64,000 bases of DNA from Eledone cirrhosa (GCA_964016885.1 OZ024740.1:230020001-230084000); one strand, 5' to 3'; counted from the stretch's first letter, positions 23,556-35,776 are shown. Notes: a model not told the origin generated them from the sequence alone. A program made the numbers and translations.

Positions 23556-23786
23556 TACATGGAACTCCTTTAACCATCTTTTGATCTTATATATTATGTA
23601 TACTCCAGTCCTACAAATTGTAGAGTGCTTCTTATCCGATATCTGCATTGCTTTATTGTACTACAATAAAACTCACCTCCTACATTATATATAAATATAT
23701 ATAGTTTCGTTGACAAATATATCAATGTGCCCAGACACGCAGATATATATATGGAGCATGAAACTATTGATATACACTTGTTTATA

Positions 23787-23833
23787 GGCTCTGATGATTC
23801 CTGCCTTAGGATACGGATGAAACACCGTTAGCT
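23787..23833 (+). ncRNA. Type I hammerhead ribozyme motif
   Basis: ggct-CTGATGA(23791)-tcc...gga-GAAAC-acc-GTT-agct, then AATAAA and (TA)n. Confidence 0.65.
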
Positions 23834-23870
23834 AATAAAAGAATGTATTTTTAAGCACTCATTGGTTATT

Positions 23871-23942
<72 letters not shown>

Positions 23943-24070
23943 AAAGTTTTATTTAAAGTTGTTGGGATACAACAAGTAAATATATTTATAACCGACATAA
24001 AGCACTCGACAAATTTTTGGAGTAGATATACGATATTAATGAATGGAAACTATATTTATAAAACCATATT

Positions 24071-24135
24071 TATTTCATTATACATATTTCAGGGATACCA
24101 CATTAAATTATGGTATGCCTTCATCAGACAAAATA
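24071..24135 (-). ncRNA. Type I hammerhead ribozyme motif, intact core
   Basis: Minus strand: tattttgt-CTGATGA-aggcataccata/tgtggtatccct-GAAAT-atgt-ATA-atgaaata. Confidence 0.8.
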
Positions 24136-24344
24136 CAATATATAACAGTTTTACAAATAGGTTTGACGTACCCTTTAAAATACAACCATTACTTTTGGAG
24201 GCTGTCTGGATAGAAAGTGAGCTTTTTTTTACAAAATGAAAAATAACCGAGGTGTCTTACACGAGTGATAGTATAAAGAAAAAAAGATGAAATCGAAAAT
24301 GCAACTGGAGTCTTTTATTTTAAATATATATATTTATTTGGTTC

Positions 24345-24380
24345 CTTTACCGGTTTCGCAGTTCTTCTGCTTTTCCAAAG
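24345..24380 (-). ncRNA. Minimal hammerhead motif, degenerate core
   Basis: Minus strand: ctt-TGGAAAA-gcag(aagaa)ctgc-GAAAC-cg-GTA-aag; palindromic stem III ACCGGT; core is one change from TTGAAAA. Confidence 0.55.
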
Positions 24381-24654
24381 TAGAGTTGAGATGGAGGGTC
24401 TGTGGTTTTTCTCACATCTGTTATAGCGCATATATATACACATGCACACATGCATATGCGTATGCATATATACATATACACACATGTACATGTGTATATA
24501 TATTTACACATTTTTGGATGGCCGTTGACTCTTATTATTTCTTCCGGCCTTTGTCAGGTTTTGTTTTTTGTCCTGCAGGGTGTCCAAAATCACCCTCCGG
24601 CAACCCCACCAAGTTTACATGGTGGGGTTGCCGGCTTAGTCGCCGACATATATA

Positions 24655-24863
24655 CAGGCAGGCAGACAGACAAACATACACTCAGACATAACAAAGGACA
24701 TACATATAAAGAAAGACAAACAAACATACATACCTACAGATAAACAGACATACAGTCAGACTGACAGTGACACAGAGAGACTTAATGAGAGGTAGACAGA
24801 GAGTCACTGGCTGAGATATACTGACATACATACAGACTGTCTGACACTCTGATAGGCAGACAT

Positions 24864-24914
<51 letters not shown>

Positions 24915-27195
24915 TATATACAGACAGACAGACAGACAGACAGACATATATACATATAGACAGACAGATAGACAGACAGACATACAGAGAGATAGACAGA
25001 TAGACAGATATACAGAGAGACAGACAAAGGGACAGATAAACTGACAGACAGACAGACAAAGGGACAGATAAACTGACAGACAGACAGACAAAGGGACAGA
25101 TAAACTGACAGACAGACAGAAAAAGGACAGATAGACTGACAGACAGACAGAAAAAGGAGAGATAAACTGACAGACAGACAGAAAAAAGGACAGATAAACT
25201 GACAGACAGACAGAAAAAGGAGAGATAAACTGACAGACAGACAGAAAAAAGGACAGATAAACTGACAGACAGACAGAAAAAGGAGAGATAAACTGACAGA
25301 CAGACAGAAAAAAGGACAGATAAACTGACAGACAGACAGACAAAGGGACAGATAAACTGACAGACAGATAGACAAAAGGACAGATGAACTGACAGACAGA
25401 CAGACAGACAAAAGGACAGATAAACTGACAGACAGACAGAAAAAAGGACAGATAAACTGACAGACAGACAGAAAAAAGACAGATAAACTGACAGACAGAC
25501 AGAAAAAAGGACAGATAAACTGACAGACAGACAGACAAAAAGACAGATAAAATGACAGACAGACAGAAAAAAGGATAGATAAAATGACAGACAGACAGAA
25601 AAAAGGACAGATAAACTGACAGACAGACAGACAAAAGAACAGATAAGCTGACAGTCAGACTAAAAAAGGACAGATAAACTGACAGACAGACAGAAAAAAG
25701 GACAGATAAACTGACAGACAGACAGACAAAAGGACAGATAAACTGACAGACAGACAGACAAAGGGACAGATAAACTGACAGACAGACAGACTAAAAAAGG
25801 ACAGATAAAATGACAGACAGACAGACTAAAAAAGGACAGATAAACAGACAGACAGACTAAAAAAGGACAGATAAACTGACAGACAGACAGAAAAAAGGAA
25901 AGATAAACTGACAGACAGACAGACAAAAAGACAGATAAAATGACAGACAGACAGAAAAAAGGATAGATAAAATGACAGACAGACAGAAAAAAGGACAGAT
26001 AAACTGACAGACAGACAGACAAAGGGACAGATAAACTGACAGACAGACAGAAAAAGGAGAGATAAACTGACAGACAGACAGAAAAAAGGACAGATAAACT
26101 GACAGACAGACAGAAAAAAGGACAGATAAACTGACAGACAGACACACAAAAGGACAGATAAACTGACAGACAGACAGAAAAAAGGAAAGATAAACTGACA
26201 GACAGACAGACAAAAAGACAGATAAAATGACAGACAGACAGAAAAAAGGATAGATAAAATGACAGACAGACAGAAAAAAGGACAGATAAACTGACAGACA
26301 GACAGACAAAGGGGCAGATAAGCTGACAGACAGACAGAAAAAGGAGAGATAAACTGACAGACAGACAGACAAAAGAACAGATAAGCTGACAGTCAGACTA
26401 AAAAAGGACAGATAAACTGACAGACAGACAGAAAAAAGGACAGATAAACTGACAGACAGACAGACAAAAGGACAGATAAACTGACAGACAGACAGACAGA
26501 GGGACAGATAAACTGACAGACAGACAGACTAAAAAAGGACAGATAAAATGACAGACAGACAGACTAAAAAAGGACAGATAAACAGACAGACAGACTAAAA
26601 AAGGACAGATAAACTGACAGACAGACAGACAAAGGGACAGATAAACTGACAGACAGACAGAAAAAAGGACAGATAAACTGACAGACAGACAGAAAAAAGG
26701 ACAGATAAACTGACAGACAGTCAGACAAAAGGACAGATAAACTGACAGACAGACAGAAAAAAGGACAGATAAACTGACAGACAGTCAGACAAAAGGACAG
26801 ATAAACTGACAGACAGACAGACAAAAGGACAGATAAACTGACAGACAGACAGACAAAAGGACAGATAAACTGACAGACAGACAGACAAAAGGACAGATAA
26901 ACTGACAGACAGACAAAAAAGGACAGATAAACTGACAGACAGACAGACAAAAGGACAGATAAACTGACAGACAGACAGACAGACAAAAGGACAGATAAAA
27001 TGACAGACAGACAGACAGACAAAAGGACAGATAAAATGACAGACAGACAGACAGAAAAAAGGACAGATAAAATGACAGACAGACAGACAGAAAAAAGGAC
27101 AGATAAACTGACAGACAGACAGACAGACAAAGAGACTGACAGACAAAGAGACTGACAGACAGACACAGACCGACTGACAGACAGACTGACAGACG
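24655..27195. repeat. (GACA)n-derived minisatellite, about 28-36-bp unit
   Basis: gacagacagacaaaaggacagataaact repeated over about 2.2 kb. Confidence 0.97.
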
Positions 27196-27254
27196 ACAGG
27201 AAAAGAATCGTTGAATGAAAAGAAAGACATAATGTTGATGAGTGTGGGTGGGTG

Positions 27255-28240
27255 TGGGGGTGTGATTCTGTGTGTGTGTGTGTGCATGTAGCTCATGTGT
27301 GTGTATGTGTAGCTCATGTGTGTGTGACTCTCCCTGTGCGTATGTAACTCGCGTGTGTGTGTGCGCATGCAGCTCACGTCTGAATATGTGTGTGTGACTT
27401 AGTGTGTGTGGCAGTGTGTGTGTGATTGTGTGTATGTGTGTGTGTCACTGTGGGTGTGGCTCTGTGTGTGTGACTGTGTGTATGTGTGTGTGTGACTGTG
27501 CGTGTGACTATGTGTGTGACTGTGTGTATGTGTGTGTGACTGTGTGTATGTGTATGTGTGACTGTGTGTGTGACTGCGTGTATGTGTGTGTGTGACTGTG
27601 TGTATCTGTGTGCATGTGTGTGTATGACTGTGTGTATGTTTGTGTGTGGCTGTGTGTATGTGTGTGACTGTGTGTATATGTGTGACTGTGTGTATGTGTG
27701 TGACTGTGTGTATGTGTGTGTGTGACTGTGTGTATGTGTGTGACTGTGTGTATGTGTGTGTGTGACTGTGTGTATGTGTGTGACTGTGTGTATGTGTGTG
27801 TGTGACTGTGTGTATGTGTGTGACTGTGTGTATGTGTGTGACTGTGTGTATGTGTGTGTGTGACTGTGTGTATGTGTGTGTGACTGTGTGTATGTGTGTG
27901 TGACTGTGTGTATGTGTGTGTGTGACTGTGTGTATGTGTGTGTGTGACTGTGTGTATGTGTGTGTGTGACTGTGTGTATGTGTGTGTGTGTGTGGCTGTG
28001 TGTATGTGTGTGTGTGACTGTGTGTATGTGTGTGTGTGACTGTGTGTATGTGTGTGACTGTGTGTATGTGTGTGTGCGACTGTGTGTATGTGTGTGTGAC
28101 TGTGTGTATGTGTGTGTGTGACTGTGTGTATGTGTGTGTGTGATTGTGTGTATGTGTGTGTGTCCCTGTGTGTATGTGTGTGGCTGTGTGTATGTGTGTG
28201 ACTGTGTGTATGTGTGTATGACTGTGTGTATGTGTGTGTG

Positions 28241-28296
<56 letters not shown>

Positions 28297-28646
28297 GGTG
28301 ACTCTGTGTGTGTATGTGTGATTACAAGATGTGTCGTATGTGTGTGTGTGTGTGTGTTTGTGTGTGATTACAAGATGTGTCGTGTGTGTGTGTGTGTTTG
28401 TGTTTGTGTGTGACTGTGTGTGATTGCAAGATGTGGGATGACTGCGTGTGTGTGTGTTTGTGAGTGTGAATGTGTATGCGACTATGTGCGTAGATGTGTG
28501 TATGTGTTTGTGTATGTAATTGTAAGATGTGTGCTGACTGTGTACGTGCATGTGGGCCTGAGTATGTGACTGTGTCTGTGTGACTGCGTGTGTGTGTGTG
28601 TTTGTCAGTGTGACTCTGTGTGTGTGTGACTGTGTGTGTGTGTGTG

Positions 28647-28695
<49 letters not shown>

Positions 28696-28810
28696 CTGTG
28701 TGTGTGTGTGCATGCGACTATGTGTGATTGTGTGTGGGTGTGTGTGATTGTGTGTGTGTGTATGTGTGTGTGTGTGTGCATGTGTGTGAGTGTTTGATTG
28801 CAAGATGTGC
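27255..28810. repeat. (TG)n-derived minisatellite (tgactgtgtgtatgtgtg)
   Basis: Directly visible. Confidence 0.97.
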
Positions 28811-28911
28811 GGTGACTGTTGTTGTTGATGGGTGCTAAGAATAAAGTAACGGGGCTGGTGGTGTAAGGTTCCGCAGGGTTTGGGAGCAACTCCTAACCCA
28901 GCTTCTACCAC

Positions 28912-29350
28912 AGCCCCACCCCAGCCCCACCCCTGCTCTACCCCAGCCCCACTCCAGCCCCACCCCCGGCCCTACCCCAGCCCCACCCCAATCCCACAAA
29001 ATCTACGTACAACGTAGGCTAGCTTGTTTATTTGTTTATTTGTTTAGTTTTATTATAAAGTAAGGAATAAGCGAGAAAAATTGTAAGGACTGGGTGTGGT
29101 ATATGTTTTGGGTGGTGGATAAGACGGGGTAGAATTGGTAATGATGTAGGGTAGCAGATATGGGGTGGGGGTTAGGGTAGTAGATATGGGGTGGGGGGTT
29201 AGGGTAGTAGATATGGGGTGGGGGTTTAGGGTTGTAGATATGGGGGGTTAGGGTTGTAGATATGGGGGGGTTAGGGTTGTAGATATGGGGTGGGGGGTTA
29301 AGGTTGTAGATATGGGGTGTGGGGTTAGGGTAGTAGATATCGGGTGTGGA
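28912..29350. repeat. C-rich short repeats (28912-28997) and a G-rich minisatellite of 20-27-bp units containing TTAGGG (29145-29350)
   Basis: ggggttagggt(a/t)gtagatatggggtg, about 8 copies. Confidence 0.9.
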
Positions 29351-30189
29351 GTTAGAAACGGGGATCTGCACGACATGGGGTAGGACTTTGTTTTTGTAGT
29401 TCTCTGTTGATGTTGCTGTTGTTGTTATTTTTGCGGTTGTCGTTTCTGATGTTGTTGGTGTTGTTGTTGCTGTTGGATTTAAGGTATTTTTTTTTGTTTT
29501 TGTTTTTATTTTTTTTTTAATGTAGCTTGGTGGAGGAAAATATCGGTTGGGACTTGGAGGAGGGAGAAGGTAAAGGAAAACTGGTAATTCGTAAAGGTAG
29601 TGGTGGTGGTGGTGGTGGTGGTGGTGGAGGTGTTTGTGGTGTTGGTAATGATGGTGGTAGTAGTTGTGGTGGCAATGGTGCCGGTGGTGGTGGTGGTGTT
29701 GGTTGGGTGTGAGGACGAGAAGAGGCAACCCAGTGTCGGTAAGAAGTGGGGTAGAATGTTGGAAAGTTTTGTTATTGTGGAGAGAAGGAACAGTGGTCTG
29801 TTGGGCAAGAATAATTGGTAAGACATGTGGCGGGGTGGATGCTGTAAACATAATACAACAAAGGGATTCCTCAAGGAGGGTTAATATAGAAGTTGACTCG
29901 GGTGTGGGTTTGATAAAGGGTTCTTTACCATCGGTAAATCTAAAGCTGGGGAAGTATTGAGTTACCTATCAAGTAAATAAAAGGATACTTAGCGTGGGTA
30001 AAGAAATGTTTGGAGCGATGTGTAGATGTATGTATGTTTAGACCCGTAACTCCTGATGGAGTCTTAGGAGCGCATTTTCAGCTTGGTGTAGCTCATTCTT
30101 TTACTGCTCTACACGCAACCAATTTCTTTGAGAGGAGGAACTAGAGTGAGAAAAAAGATGAAATTAGAAAGAGACATGGAGAAAGAATG

Positions 30190-30580
30190 GACCCCAGTAC
30201 TGAACTGGTTCTTTTTTTATCGACTTTGAAAGGACGAAAGGCAGTGTTGACCTCGGCAGGATTTGAGCTCTGCGAGTAGAAAGCCGGAACGAATACCATA
30301 AAGTATTCTATCCAGCATTCTAATGACTCAGCCAGTTATTGATCGAATATGGTGAAATAGTAAGGGTTTTTTTTTGTTTTGTTTTTTTGTTTTGAGTGGG
30401 TAAATGTGGAAACATAGCCGGCAAATTGGCAGAATCCTTAGAACAGTGAATGATTTGTGGTATTCGCTTCGGCTCTCTGCTCTCTGAGTTCAAATCCCGC
30501 TGAGGTCAACTTTTCTTTTCATCTATTCGAGGTCGATAAAAAAAAGTGCCAGTCTAGTACTAAAGTCGATTCTCCCCCTA
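30190..30580. mobile_element. Two divergently oriented family A SINE copies (- 30190-30340; + 30415-30580)
   Basis: Family A core on each strand. Confidence 0.75.
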
Positions 30581-30626
30581 TATCTCTTCCTCACTTCCAT
30601 TCTCTCACTCTCTAACCTTCTGTATT

Positions 30627-30668
30627 CATACCAGGAGAAGAGCTGGGTTCCAGCAGAAACGTCGTATG
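30627..30668 (+). ncRNA. Degenerate minimal hammerhead motif
   Basis: catac-CAGGAGA-gctgg(gtt)ccagc-GAAAC-GTC-gtatg; stems intact, core has two changes from CTGAAGA. Confidence 0.5.
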
Positions 30669-30929
30669 CCCTAGAAATGTCGTATGCCACTACAGTGCCT
30701 TTACGACTTCCTCGGGAGATACGGGGCTATACATCCAAATGTAGAGACAATAAAAGAATATTTAAAGACATAGGGTACACAGAGTGTCTGTTATAGGGAG
30801 GACACTTAGAGATGTGAGGTATAGATAAATTTAGGGGTGAATAGTAAGTGTCTGAGGTTTGTAACTGTACACGTGAGAAGGAATTCGGGTAAAGATGAGG
30901 AAAATTTCATTATGATATAGAGTGGGTAG

Positions 30930-31300
30930 GTGAATGCGCGCTGGCTATGTGTTAGATTGCTCATTTGAAGATTATAAAGTCATGTGTTCAATTCTCAGAT
31001 CTGACAGCACATTGTGTCCTTAAGCAAGTCACTTCATTTTCACGTTGCTACAAAAGACTCGGCTGACAAGATAAGTACTAGCACTTAACAAAAGAAAACT
31101 GGATGATAGAGAAATTTGGAAAACACCTTGGATTCAACATATAGAAATACATAAGAAACATATTTCTTAGGACACCCTGTGAAGGCGCGTTGCTTTGTGA
31201 TTAGAGAATTGGATTCACAATTCTGAGGTTGCGAATTCTATCCCCGGGCCGGTCGATGACTTATGTCCTTAATCAAGATACTTTATTTTACGTTGCTCTT
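30930..31300 (+). mobile_element. Two degenerate CORE-type SINE 5' halves
   Basis: tgtgtccttaagcaagtcacttcattttcacgttgct (about 31013) and tatgtccttaatcaagatactttattttacgttgct (about 31262), each after a tRNA-like head. Confidence 0.7.
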
Positions 31301-31701
31301 TCTGCTAGGAATTGCAAACAAATGGTCCGATTTGACGAGTTCCTCCCCCACTCGGTAAGCGAATGAAGTCTGAGACCTTGCCAGCCGATTTAAAAAAAAC
31401 CACGTTGACCTACACAACTGGAAATTACGTGGGAGTGCCTAGGAGGCGAGAGTCCCTGTAAGTTAAAGGATGTCCAATTGGACGGGAGACAGTCCTACCC
31501 ACGTGAGAGGATATGTGTTTAACTGGGGTTTTTTTTTAATATATAAAGGAATTAATTTTAAATGTTTAAAGGGTCCAATTACAGTCAAAAACTTTCCAGT
31601 AATAATCTTTTTTTTTTTCTTAACTTATTCAAACAAGAAAAATAATGATCAAATTTAAGAACTTGTAAATTATAATATAAAAATATAAAAATATCTCTAT
31701 A

Positions 31702-32318
31702 CTAGACCACCCGTGACCCGTTGGGTCACGTTCACTTCAAAATATTTTTTTTTAAATCATGTTCACTTAAAAATAATTTTTAAATAATTAAAATATACAC
31801 AGACATGTATATAATGTGAAATGAAACTGGAAGGCCCATATGTATACGTGTGTGTATGTATATATAAATAATTGTGTGTGTGTGTATACATATATATATA
31901 TATATGTATGCGTGTCTGTATATATATGTGGGTGTCTGTGATCTATATACACTGGTCATAGACACACCCACATATATATACACACATTCACATATATATA
32001 CACAACACCACCAGCAGCACTCACTCTCTCTCCTCTATTCTCCTTCTCTGTCTCCTCTCCCTCTCTATATGTCTCTCTTTCTCTCTCTATCTCTCTCTCT
32101 CTCTCTCTCTGTTTATGAAGATACCCAGAAAAACCCCGTATCTCGGAAACCCGTGCTCCAATTTACGCGAAACTTGTTTTATTCCATTTGTATCCCCATT
32201 TCAGGGTCAACTTCTTTTCAAAGTATTTTCCCATTATGCGACCTTTTGGCTGTATTACATTACAGACAAGCAAGCAATCAAGGAAACAAGCAATCACAGA
32301 GTTTTAGTAGTATATAGA
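31702..32318 (-). mobile_element. Non-autonomous Helitron with both termini
   Basis: 5' A|TCTATATACTACTAAAA at 32318; 3' hairpin cgtgaccc(3 nt)gggtcacg at 31712-31730, then CTAG|T at 31702; inserted between A and T. Confidence 0.75.
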
Positions 32319-32519
32319 TAAATTTAGAGTGTAGTTGATTTCTTACAAGCTTGTATATATTACCTCATACGGTAAAATGAACCGCCTTTTGACATTACTC
32401 TCAAATAGTAGCTCCAAATTTGTGATGAATTATGAAATATCATAATATATTATTTACAATTAATTATAATATACATTTTTATACCACAATGCATAATTAA
32501 TTCCTTAATAAAAGGCGGC

Positions 32520-32595
32520 AGATAAATCGGTATTGGCCGATAAGGCTAGGTCGATTAGTCGGTAATCTGACAATTTGCTTATCGGTGCATCATTA
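32520..32595. mobile_element. hAT-like MITE terminus
   Basis: Subterminal atcgg/ccga repeats ending tatcggtgcatcatta (rc TAATGATGCACCGATA). Confidence 0.45.
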
Positions 32596-32698
32596 ATATA
32601 TATACAGTATATATATCGGGTCATCAAGTATGAAATTTGTACAAATTTGTTTCTTTTCTACAAATGTTATACTTGACGATCCAACATATATATGTGTT

Positions 32699-32749
<51 letters not shown>

Positions 32750-32943
32750 TGTGTGTATGTGTGTGTGTGTGTGTGTGTGTGTATTGGTGTGTAATGTTTA
32801 GTTACAGAGGGTTCGCCAGTTTGAGCTCCCAAGGCTATGTTCGTCCGGCTACCGATATGGGTTTATACGTTTCGTACTTCGCCATTATCGGTATCTTTAC
32901 GAAACAGTGTTAACAATAATAAGGCGCAGGAAGGAAGTGTCAC

Positions 32944-33070
32944 TATAAAATCAATATGTATTTTCACACGTGACGTCGTTTTGCGATCGATCTGCTCAAG
33001 CTACGATCGTACCTTGAGCTGATCGATCGCCAAATGTGCATCAAGTGTGAATAAACATATTGATGTTATA
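32944..33070. repeat. Imperfect palindrome of about 125 bp (MITE-like)
   Basis: Centre tacga|tcgta at 33006/33007; arms pair gcgatcgatc, gctcaag, ttcacac and atcaatatgt. Confidence 0.85.
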
Positions 33071-33090
33071 TTGATACTTCATTCCTGATC

Positions 33091-33228
<138 letters not shown>

Positions 33229-33277
33229 CGTAAAATGTAAACAGAAATAACAAAACAACCGACACAGTACATGGAAG

Positions 33278-33353
<76 letters not shown>

Positions 33354-33829
33354 GGTGGTGGTGGAGAGAGATACAGATAGGGGTGAGAGAGAGAGGTAGT
33401 GGACAAAGAGGCAGAAAAAAAGCTAAAAGAAAAATGAATACGCCAAAATTAGACGTCGTAGCTAAATTGCATGCACACGCAGTGCGCGCGCATATGTGGT
33501 AGAGGGTTCAAAGGAACTGAGGCGGCGAGTTCAATCCGCGTGGGCACGATATACGGAGCCAGAAAACTGGACTGATGTTCAGGGCTTAATCTAGATTCAG
33601 TAAAGCTGTTTAGTTGTATTTTCACAGTACAAGTTATCTTCCCTTATTCTAGCTCTTTTGTCATAACTGCCTTGTCTTGCCAATGACAAATGGTTAATAA
33701 GTTCGCTTCAGAATCATGGATCGAGACTGATGCTACTGTGTGACATCTCAAGCTAATGTTTTACCATAGCTTTTGAAAGATCCATGCATTGTCAGCGAAA
33801 TGAAGAGGGAAGTCGGAAACTATGTACAA

Positions 33830-34280
33830 ACCTGTCCAATGGAATATACATGTAACTCAAGGAAATAGCTTTGTCAAATATCGTGTTATGCTGAATCCCC
33901 CTGAGAATTATGTTAAGGGTACACGTGTCTGTGTAGTACTAAATCTTATGAGACACTTAACTCCTGATAGTGGTGTAAGGGTGCCGTCAGCACAGATGGT
34001 GTGACTTGGTCATTTTAAACCTTGCGGAGCCCATCCCTCTCCAGGTCCTCATTAGTAAACTGGTACTTTATTTATCGGCCTCGAAATTCGACGGAATTTG
34101 AACTCTGAACTCATAGTGCAGTGAACCGGAACAAATATCGAGGTTTTGGCAATCCGACGCTCTAACGATTCTGCTAATTGGTTACCTTATAGTCAAGCTA
34201 CATACACGTTAATATTACGAGCAGGCCGCTGCGTTAGTCGAACAACTGGAACATTCCACGTCGAAACCGACTGAAGACCA
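33830..34280. mobile_element. CORE-SINE 3' tail (+) interrupted by a family A SINE (-, about 34053-34188)
   Basis: 33830-33955 and 34200-34280 match consecutive parts of the 4745-4900 tail. Confidence 0.6.
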
Positions 34281-35100
34281 TATACTAAAAAAAATAGTTT
34301 AGGACATAAAATCTGGAGGTTCCTTGTTGTGGGTAACTGTAGACAAGGAAGGAATCAGTTAAAGACTAGGGTAGATAAGAAGTGGGTAAATGGGGATGGT
34401 TAGGTAGAATTGGTTAGGGTATGGTGTAGATAGGAAGTTATTCCGGGTAGGTAAATGTGGCGGGGAGAGTAAATTGGTAAGGGGTTTGTGGGGTTTTAAA
34501 AAAATGGGACGCTTCGTTCTCTATGATGGGTTGGGAATGTAGGGGGTGGAGATGGAATGTGGGAGTGAGAGAAAGAGAGATGAAGGGGTAGCGTTGGTAA
34601 AGTTGGTAAGTGGCTTCTTCGGAGGGACGGGTGAGGGGAATGGGTTGGAGGTGAGAGGAAAAGGCAGGATGTGATAGGGTAGGGTAGGAAGCTCCTTAGT
34701 GTGCGGTGGAGGGGAAAAGGAATGGGAGGGGTGCGTGAGAGAGAAGTGGGTTCTTAGGGAAGGGAATTGGCGGGGTCCGTTTAAGGTGTAGGGAGTGAGA
34801 GAAACTGGGAGGGTATGGGTGGTGAAATAGGGAGGTTTGGTGGGTCTGGTGTGGTGAAATTGGGAGGTTGATGGGTTTGGGGTGATGAAGAAGTGGTGTG
34901 ACGTGGGGGCTAGAAGCTTCCTTATGTGTGGGGTGAAGGGAGGGGCGAACTCAGTCGACAGACGGGAGAAGGGAAGCTGTATGGGTAGGGAAGGTAAGTC
35001 AGTAGGAAGGGAGGTTGATGTGTGTGTGTATATATGTTTTATGTGTGTGTATGATTCTCTTTATATGGTTGTGTGTCCGTATAAAAATGCACGTGTGTAT

Positions 35101-35151
<51 letters not shown>

Positions 35152-35314
35152 TTTGTGTGTGTGTTTGTGTGTGTGACAAATAAGTGCGCATATGTGTGTA
35201 TGTTAGCACGTTCATGTGTGTACAGACAAAGCACTCACATATTTTGTGTGTATGTATGTACATGTATGTGTATGTATATACATACACACACACATATACA
35301 TATATATATGTATA

Positions 35315-35359
<45 letters not shown>

Positions 35360-35672
35360 GTATAAATATACAAGTGCGTGTGTATGTGTGTACATGTGCG
35401 TATATATATGTGTGTGTGTGTGAGGGGGATGTTGTTGTAGAGAAGGGATACAGGAGTGTAGGTAAGGGGGGAGGTGGGGAACTGTTCATGCCAGCTGGGG
35501 GTATCGGTTGCGTGTGTACATGTATGTGTGTGTGAATGTGGACAGACACTGTGTAGTGTGTGTGTGTGCGTTTAGGTTCACGCAAGTATGTGTGTGTAAA
35601 CTTATATACATTTTTGTGCATGTGAATATGTATATACACATACATACATTCATACACACACACACATGCCAT

Positions 35673-35709
<37 letters not shown>

Positions 35710-35776
35710 CGTTATTCCGGGTTGAATCGGAGGTAACCACAGTAAGTAAGGTACTCAATACATAGCAGAGTATAAC

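Larger units (their letters stand above)
23259..23594. repeat. Spacerless palindrome, 168-bp arms
   Basis: Centre between 23426 and 23427 (aacata|tatgtt); two transition mismatches seen between arms. Confidence 0.97.

Noticed and set aside
23205-23648. Two near-identical 70-aa ORFs on opposite strands
   Set aside because: A consequence of the palindrome; they read the antisense of the HHR cassette and one starts in (TA)n
34300-35010. G-rich non-tandem tract that might be a decayed retroelement ORF on the minus strand
   Set aside because: No recognisable protein motif in the part I translated by eye
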